A DNA stretch of 32,000 nt from Sphingomonadaceae bacterium (GTDB lineage Bacteria > Pseudomonadota > Alphaproteobacteria > Sphingomonadales > Sphingomonadaceae). The DNA lies in NCBI GenBank assembly GCA_016742125.1, contig JACVCM010000016.1, positions 1 to 32,000 of the forward strand. Direction: 5' to 3'. The translations under genes and the position numbers were made by a program. The notes under the pieces were generated by a model. It was not told the origin of the DNA. It was given only the letters and a program-made list of their open reading frames with translations, and searched no databases. This document shows positions 26,300 through 32,000 of this stretch, in pieces. How positions within the stretch are numbered: position 1 is the first letter of the stretch; every line of letters starts with the position of its first letter.

Positions 26300-26839
26300 T
26301 CACTCCGTCACTGTCAACGCAGGCACCGCCCGCGCCGCATCCTCCGCCGTGATCCCCGGCGGCGGGGCGGCCGCAATGCGTTCTTCGCCGCGCATCACGC
26401 GGCCCGCGCGCCTGATTGCGTCGCGCAGGCGGGGATAGACGCCGCAGCGACACAGGTTGGTGATCGCGGCGTCGATGTCTTCGTCGGTCGGGTTGCTGTT
26501 TTTCTTCAGGAGGACAGAGCCCGCCATGATGATGCCCGGGACACAAAAGCCGCACTGGACGACATTGTTCGCCACAAAGGCCTGCTGCAGCGGGTGGCTG
26601 CGGTCGCGGCTGAGGCCTTCGATGGTGGTGACGAACCTTCCCTCCGCCTCCGCAATGGTGACGAGGCAGGAGCGGATGGCTTCGCCGTCGATCTCGACCA
26701 TGCAGGCCCCGCAATCGCCGGTGCCGCAACCATATTTGGTTCCCGTCAAATTCGACGCATCGCGCAGCGCCCAAAGGAGCGGCGTTGCGGGGTCCATCTT
26801 GTACTGGACAGGGCGGTCGTTGACGGTGAATTTGGTCAT
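26300..26839 (-). CDS. (2Fe-2S)-binding small subunit of a molybdopterin hydroxylase (IorA / aldehyde-oxidase gamma-subunit-like)
   Basis: Starts at MTKFTVNDRP. Cluster motifs are GCGTGDCGACMV, then QCGFCVPG and NLCRCG. It has an unusual ~30-aa C-terminal tail. Confidence 0.85.
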   Translation of the reverse strand: MTKFTVNDRPVQYKMDPATPLLWALRDASNLTGTKYGCGTGDCGACMVEIDGEAIRSCLVTIAEAEGRFVTTIEGLSRDRSHPLQQAFVANNVVQCGFCVPGIIMAGSVLLKKNSNPTDEDIDAAITNLCRCGVYPRLRDAIRRAGRVMRGEERIAAAPPPGITAEDAARAVPALTVTE

Positions 26840-26970
26840 TCCGGCCTTGCTGTAAAAGCCCACCAAAAACCGTCAATACAAAACCGCAGTGCTGCGCCGT
26901 CAGGCATCCTTTGACGGACGCGGTTGCTTTGCGGCTGCTGCCCAGGACTACGGCTTCCTTTATGCGGAGA

Positions 26971-27735
26971 CTAATCCCGCCAGCTTTTGTCGATCTGGTC
27001 GACCTTTCTCACCATTGCGTCGAATTCGACGCGGCCGGAACCGCCCGGCGGCGAGGCCATGTAGAGGTCGCGCTGATGCACGGCGATCACGTCCTGAGGC
27101 ACCATGATCGGCTTGCCCATCTGCAGCGTTGCCATCTGGTGCTCGCACGCGCGTTGCAACGCCCAATATTTGATGAAAGCATCGGGCAACGTCTTGCCCA
27201 TGACCACCGGCCCGTGGTTTTTCAGCATCAATATCCGCTTGTCGCCCAGATTTTCGAGGAGCCGCACGCCTTCCTCCTCGCGCACCGTCACGCCTTCGAA
27301 ATCATGATAGGCGAGTTGCCCCATGAAATTGCAGGCGTAGAAATTGACCGGCTGCAACCCGCCTTCGAGGCTGCAGACGGCAACGGTCGCGGTGGTATGC
27401 GTGTGGATGATCGCATGTGCATCGTCGAGATGCCGGTGGAAGAGGCTGTGCTGGACAAAGCCCGCCTTGTTCACATGCCAGGGATTGTCCGTATCGAGCT
27501 TGTTGCCGTCGATGTCGATCTTGATCAGGCTCGAGGCGGTCACTTCGCCGAAATGCATGCCATAGGGATTGATCAGGAACGCGCCATCCTCCTCGGGTAT
27601 CTTCACGGTGATATGGTTGAAAACCAGCTCGTCCCAGCCGAACATCGCAAAGATGCGGTAACAGGCAGCCAGCTCCTGCCGCGCGGTCCACTCGGCTTCG
27701 CTATATTTGCTGTTGGGTTTGAGTTGCGTCGCCAT
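26971..27735 (-). CDS. Class II aldolase/adducin family protein
   Basis: ATG 27735 is preceded by AAGGAGA with 6-nt spacing. Zn-His region AIIHTHTTATVAV. Confidence 0.85.
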   Translation of the reverse strand: MATQLKPNSKYSEAEWTARQELAACYRIFAMFGWDELVFNHITVKIPEEDGAFLINPYGMHFGEVTASSLIKIDIDGNKLDTDNPWHVNKAGFVQHSLFHRHLDDAHAIIHTHTTATVAVCSLEGGLQPVNFYACNFMGQLAYHDFEGVTVREEEGVRLLENLGDKRILMLKNHGPVVMGKTLPDAFIKYWALQRACEHQMATLQMGKPIMVPQDVIAVHQRDLYMASPPGGSGRVEFDAMVRKVDQIDKSWRD

Positions 27736-27924
27736 GCTCTGTCTCCTTGGCCGCACATCATGCAATGATGCAGGCCATATTGCAACCGACGGCCGTGTGC
27801 CCCGATACCACTGCAAATTCGTTGGCATTCGGCCGGATACCGCCACCAAAATCCACGGTTGTGACATATTTACATCAACTCGCGCTCAATCTCCTGTTCG
27901 GATGGCGCAGAAGCCCGCCTGCAG

Positions 27925-27954
27925 TTGACAAAGAAGTTAGTTGTTGAAAGTAAT
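27925..27954 (+). promoter_or_regulatory. Candidate sigma-70 promoter for the large TonB-dependent receptor
   Basis: TTGACA (27925-27930), an 18-nt spacer, then AGTAAT (27949-27954). This would give a leader of about 100 nt. Confidence 0.3.
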
Positions 27955-28061
27955 CAAGGCCTGGTCCGTGAGTCCGGGCTCTGCATGACTGCGACACCTC
28001 AAAATTCGTCGCCTTTTGCAAAGCTGGGCTTTGGGGCAACACTAAAATGCTGGGGAGCATC

Positions 28062-31000
28062 ATGACATCAAAATATTCGCGCGATCTGCGCTTTGGTAAG
28101 TTTGGCCTTATGGGTGCGTCGGCGCTTGCGATAATGTTGGCAACGCCGGCATGGGCGCAAGATTCAGGAGCGCCGCAAGCGACAGAAGATACCGAGGATG
28201 AAGGCGCCATCGTCGTTACAGGTTCGCGCATCGAAGGCGTTACCCCGTTTAACAGCCCCGATCCGGTCACGGTAATCGATCCTGCCACCGCTTCCAAAGA
28301 GGGTAAGTTCGACCTGGCATCGACGCTGCAAAGCTCGCCTGTCGCAGCGGGCTCTACCCAGATTACCGCTGCATTGTCGTCAAACTTCGTGACCAATGGC
28401 GGCCCGGGTGCGCAGACGATCGATCTTCGCGGCCTTGGACCCAACCGTACGCTCGTGCTCTTGAATGGTCGCCGCGCCGGTCCTGCCGGTACGCGCGGTG
28501 GCGTTTCGTCCTTTGACCTTAACGTGCTGCCTCAGTCGCTTGCCGAGAACATCCAGATCCTGAAAACCGGCGCATCGTCGGTTTACGGTTCGGACGCGGT
28601 TGCAGGCGTTGTCAACATCCTGACCAAAAAGGACGTGGATGGCTTGCAGTTGAACGGTAACGTCTCCGCACCTTTCGATTCCGGCGGTGAAGAATATCGC
28701 CTCAATGCCGTTTACGGCAAGAAGTTCGACCGCGGCCATTTCCTTGTGGCTGTGGACTATACCCACCAGAACGAGTTGTCGCGCGGCGATCGTGCCTATC
28801 TCGCCTGTCCGGAGGCTTATACCTTCCGTCCGGACGGCTCTCGTGCGGATATCGTTGACCCGCGGACCGGCCAGTTCAAGTGCGAGGATCTGCGCTGGGG
28901 CCATGTCTGGACCTACAACCTCATCGGCAACTTGCGGCTTGACGGTCCGGGCGGCCCGAACACCGGTGTCAACACGTCTAACGGCAGGTCTGATCCAGCG
29001 GGTCTCGCAAGCCGCGCCACCGTCCTGATGCAGTTCCAGTATCCGGGCGAAACGCTGGGTATTCCTGCCTTCGGCCCGCCAGCCTTTGCGGGCGACTTTG
29101 CCGCGCCGGCAGGATGGTTCCCGACCGGATACAGCACTGCCTCGCTGGCTGTGCAGAATAGCTACCACCCGTTTGTCGAAGAGCAGACGATCATTCCGGA
29201 AACCGATCTCTACACAATCTATGCCGATGCGGCATATGAGATTACCGATTCGATCGAAATGTTCGGGGAATTCCTCGCCAACCGTCGTGAAACCTACCAG
29301 AATGGCTGGCGGCAGTTCTGGAACTTTGGCGGCACCAGCAACTCTTTCGGCGGTACCCTGTGGGCGCCGGGCTGGGTAGGCCGGAACTTCCTGAGCCCAA
29401 CCGGTATTACAAACCAGGCCGACAACAGCCAGAAGGTGGATTACTACCGTGGCGTGGGTGGTTTGCGCGGTGACTTTGGCGGAACAGGCAACTGGAAGTG
29501 GGAAATCTACGGCCAATACAGCAAGAGTAACGGTATCTATCGTTCGCAGCAGATCCTGCAGGACGCTTACGATACCGGTTATTTCCAGACATCGTCATGC
29601 GTCGGCACAGTGACACCGATTTCCGGCAAGCAGTGCATCGACATTCCTTGGACCGATCCCTATTTCCTGCGTGGCGAATTGACGCAGCAACAGATCGACT
29701 TCCTTTTCGACTGGGAACAGGGCAAAACCGTTTACACCCAGCTGACCGGCGAAGCGACCGTTACCGGATCGCTCTTCGAACTTCCGGCAGGTCCGCTGTC
29801 AGTTGCCGCCGGTATCACCGGTCGTCGCGACAAGATCAATGACATACCGGGCGAGATCACCCGTGCTGGCAACGCCTGGGGCACGACAACCTCCGGGATC
29901 ACGGCTGGTAAAGGCGATACGTTCGAGGTGTTTGGAGAATTGAACGCGCCGATCCTTGCCGACAAGCCCTTCTTCAAGGAACTGACCTTGTCCTTGGCTG
30001 GTCGTATGACCAACACAAAGGCGACGCGCAAATCGGATGGTATCAGCGATAGCGACAATGGCAATTTCACCTATAAGGTGGGCCTGAACTGGGCGTTGAA
30101 CGACACGCTCCGGTTCCGCGCAAGCTATGGCACATCGTTCCGCGCTCCGGCGTTGTTCGAGCAGTTCCTGGCAGACGAAACCAGCTCGATCGCGCAAACC
30201 CGCATCGATCCATGCATCAACTGGGGCAATGCATTGGCAACGGGTGCCATCACCCAGCGTATTGCCGATAACTGCGCCGCGGACGGCATTCCCAACAACC
30301 ATGCCGGCGGTGGTGTTTCGGCCAATATCACGGCATCGGGCGGTCTTGGATTGCTAAAGTCCGAAACGTCGAAGGCACTGGTAGTTGGTGCTGTGCTGAC
30401 TCCGAAATTCGGCTTCCTGCCGGATACCCGGATCAACGTCGCGGTCGATTATTACGATATCAAGGTTAGGGACGAAATCACCCAGCTGGGTGGGGCAAAC
30501 ATCCTGCTGGGTTGCTACGATTCGGAAAATTTCGCGACCGAGCCACTGTGCGACCTGTTTACCCGCGGCCAGTTCGGCGCTCCGTTCAACGTCAACAACA
30601 TCAATGACCAGTTCGTCAACATCTCGACCCAGCGTAACAGCGGGATCGATGTTGCCGTCCGGGTAAATCACGACTTGGGCAACGCGGGCAAGCTGTCGTT
30701 GATCGCAGACATGACATGGCAGTTGAAGGACAATTTGCGGTTGCTGCCGACGTCTGGATTGACCTCGACCAATGGCGAGGTTGGATCGCCCAAATGGGTT
30801 GGCGATTTCCGCCTGACATGGGATATTCCTGGCGGAACATCGCTCTTCTACGGCGTGAACGTCATTGGTGCCACATCCGATGAGGAAGATTTCATCGAAG
30901 ACAATGGTGTGAACGGCCTGTGCATCGTGCCGCCGGTAACGGCGGCGGTTATTCGCGGCACCTACTGCCCGGATCTGAAGACGCCGATGACCTTCTACCA

Positions 31001-31196
31001 CAATGCGTCGATTACGCAGGAGATCAACGAGCGGTTCGACATCACGCTGGGTGTCAGCAACCTGTTCGACCGGCGGCCCCCGCGCGTTTCGGTGCTTAAC
31101 GGCAGTCAGATCACGACATTGGGACCCGTCGCCTACGCGTCGCAATATCCTTTTGTCGGCAGGCGCGCCTTTATCAACGTTTCGGCCAAATTCTGA
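28062..31196 (+). CDS. Large TonB-dependent outer-membrane receptor (1044 aa), substrate unknown
   Basis: The start at 28062 after GGGGAG gives the signal peptide ...LMGASALAIMLATPAWAQ. Plug region (AIVVTGSRIE, NRTLVLLNGRR, ENIQILKTGASSVYGSDAVAGVVNILTKK). Terminal ...FINVSAKF. Confidence 0.85.
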   Translation: MTSKYSRDLRFGKFGLMGASALAIMLATPAWAQDSGAPQATEDTEDEGAIVVTGSRIEGVTPFNSPDPVTVIDPATASKEGKFDLASTLQSSPVAAGSTQITAALSSNFVTNGGPGAQTIDLRGLGPNRTLVLLNGRRAGPAGTRGGVSSFDLNVLPQSLAENIQILKTGASSVYGSDAVAGVVNILTKKDVDGLQLNGNVSAPFDSGGEEYRLNAVYGKKFDRGHFLVAVDYTHQNELSRGDRAYLACPEAYTFRPDGSRADIVDPRTGQFKCEDLRWGHVWTYNLIGNLRLDGPGGPNTGVNTSNGRSDPAGLASRATVLMQFQYPGETLGIPAFGPPAFAGDFAAPAGWFPTGYSTASLAVQNSYHPFVEEQTIIPETDLYTIYADAAYEITDSIEMFGEFLANRRETYQNGWRQFWNFGGTSNSFGGTLWAPGWVGRNFLSPTGITNQADNSQKVDYYRGVGGLRGDFGGTGNWKWEIYGQYSKSNGIYRSQQILQDAYDTGYFQTSSCVGTVTPISGKQCIDIPWTDPYFLRGELTQQQIDFLFDWEQGKTVYTQLTGEATVTGSLFELPAGPLSVAAGITGRRDKINDIPGEITRAGNAWGTTTSGITAGKGDTFEVFGELNAPILADKPFFKELTLSLAGRMTNTKATRKSDGISDSDNGNFTYKVGLNWALNDTLRFRASYGTSFRAPALFEQFLADETSSIAQTRIDPCINWGNALATGAITQRIADNCAADGIPNNHAGGGVSANITASGGLGLLKSETSKALVVGAVLTPKFGFLPDTRINVAVDYYDIKVRDEITQLGGANILLGCYDSENFATEPLCDLFTRGQFGAPFNVNNINDQFVNISTQRNSGIDVAVRVNHDLGNAGKLSLIADMTWQLKDNLRLLPTSGLTSTNGEVGSPKWVGDFRLTWDIPGGTSLFYGVNVIGATSDEEDFIEDNGVNGLCIVPPVTAAVIRGTYCPDLKTPMTFYHNASITQEINERFDITLGVSNLFDRRPPRVSVLNGSQITTLGPVAYASQYPFVGRRAFINVSAKF

Positions 31197-31215
31197 TCGA
31201 AACCTTTGCAAGTTC

Positions 31216-31254
31216 AACCGGGCGGCATGGCAACGTGCCGCCCGGTTTATTTTT
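31216..31254 (+). terminator. Rho-independent terminator
   Basis: Perfect 12-bp stem AACCGGGCGGCA / TGCCGCCCGGTT with an 8-nt loop, followed by TATTTTTG. Confidence 0.65.
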
Positions 31255-31282
31255 GTCCGCAATCTTCTAATATGGCGAGATC

Positions 31283-32000
31283 ATGCCCGAAATCTGGATT
31301 CAGCCCGACACGCTAGACGATGAAAACCGCAGATTTGCGCAGGCACCGCTGCGCCAACCCGTCTTCCTGAACAGCGTCCCCAAAAGCGGAAGCCATTTGC
31401 TGCGCAACATCCTGCGGATGTTCGTGCCTGTAGAACAGCAATATACGGCAGATTTCATCCAGTGGCCCAATATGCAGCAGCATCGCGGGGCATTCAGTGC
31501 CGACCGGCCGATGCTGAGCTGGGGACATTTGCTGATGGCCGATGCGTCAGTCATCGAAACGGCAGGGACGCGGCGCATATTGCTGTATCGCGATCCTTAT
31601 GACTGGGTCATCGCCCGCGCGCGCTTCTTCATTTCCGAACAGTTCAGCGGCAATGTCGGGCATCTGCGGTCTGGCGAATTGTCGGTCGACGAGCTGTTGA
31701 CCATGATGATTTTCGGTCTGCCCGGTAAGGCACCGTCGCTCAATGCGATTTACGAGCTCAATGCGGCAGCATGGCTCGGCACCAAGGTGTTTCCTGTCAA
31801 ATATGAAGATGTTGTCGCAAATATCGGCAGGCTCGATGACGACAAGGCCGACAGCTTCTTCGCCTCCCTGTTCGAAGCGTGCGGCATCGAACGGCCTGAC
31901 GATTGGCGAGAGCGTGTACGGATCGGCTCGGACAAGGCGCAAAGCGGCACTGCAAGAGATCAATTGACCGGTGTGACCGTGGAATTTCCGGCATCGCTTG
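31283..32000 (+). CDS. Sulfotransferase family protein, 3'-partial (runs off the window); absent from the supplied ORF track
   Basis: I translated this frame by hand from ATG 31283 to position 32000 and found no stop. It begins MPEIWIQPDTLDDENRRFAQAPLRQPVFLNSVPKSGSHLLRNIL... (a 5'-PSB-like loop PKSGSH), followed by a 3'-PB-like RILLYRDPYDWVIARARF. Confidence 0.65.
   Translation, partial: MPEIWIQPDTLDDENRRFAQAPLRQPVFLNSVPKSGSHLLRNILRMFVPVEQQYTADFIQWPNMQQHRGAFSADRPMLSWGHLLMADASVIETAGTRRILLYRDPYDWVIARARFFISEQFSGNVGHLRSGELSVDELLTMMIFGLPGKAPSLNAIYELNAAAWLGTKVFPVKYEDVVANIGRLDDDKADSFFASLFEACGIERPDDWRERVRIGSDKAQSGTARDQLTGVTVEFPASL

Noticed and set aside
27868-28061. A cobalamin or other known riboswitch upstream of the large receptor.
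   Set aside because: No B12-box-like sequence is visible, and the available leader is roughly half the length of a cobalamin riboswitch.

Overview
This is a high-GC chromosomal window, about 60-65% G+C in most lines I hand-counted. Gene content looks alphaproteobacterial and sphingomonad-like: many TonB-dependent receptors, a tonB-exbB-exbD-exbD cluster and glnB-glnA. That taxonomic guess is inference only. I support 31 protein-coding genes, two of them cut by the window edges, plus one tRNA-Leu(CAA), one gene remnant and a handful of regulatory sites and terminators.

From left to right the window contains:
- a spermidine-synthase-like membrane protein (5' partial) and a gamma-carbonic-anhydrase-family protein;
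- a siderophore-type TonB-dependent receptor with a near-perfect Fur box, then arsC, a secreted hypothetical protein and an amine-oxidase C-terminal remnant;
- an SDR, tRNA-Leu, an aldehyde dehydrogenase and a thiolase;
- a small lipoprotein, an RcnB-like protein and a DJ-1/PfpI protein;
- glnB-glnA behind a sigma-54 promoter;
- a divergent pair of secreted hydrolases (amidohydrolase and M20 carboxypeptidase);
- tonB-exbB-exbD-exbD and a secreted hypothetical protein;
- a tightly packed minus-strand run of gluQ, a HIG1-like small membrane protein, a PduO-type adenosyltransferase, egtB and egtD;
- an HNH endonuclease and a low-GC single-gene Fic island;
- an orphan IorA-like 2Fe-2S subunit and a class II aldolase;
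- a 1044-aa TonB-dependent receptor and a sulfotransferase (3' partial) that is missing from the ORF track.

I found no CRISPR array, IS element, integrase or rRNA. I also found no convincing multi-gene novel system. The best second-look candidates are:
- the compositionally foreign Fic gene, its long palindrome over the start codon, and the 2Fe-2S subunit next to it that lacks a partner;
- the translationally coupled adenosyltransferase-egtB-egtD module;
- the large receptor paired with a sulfotransferase.

All product calls come from motif recognition by eye. No database search was run.
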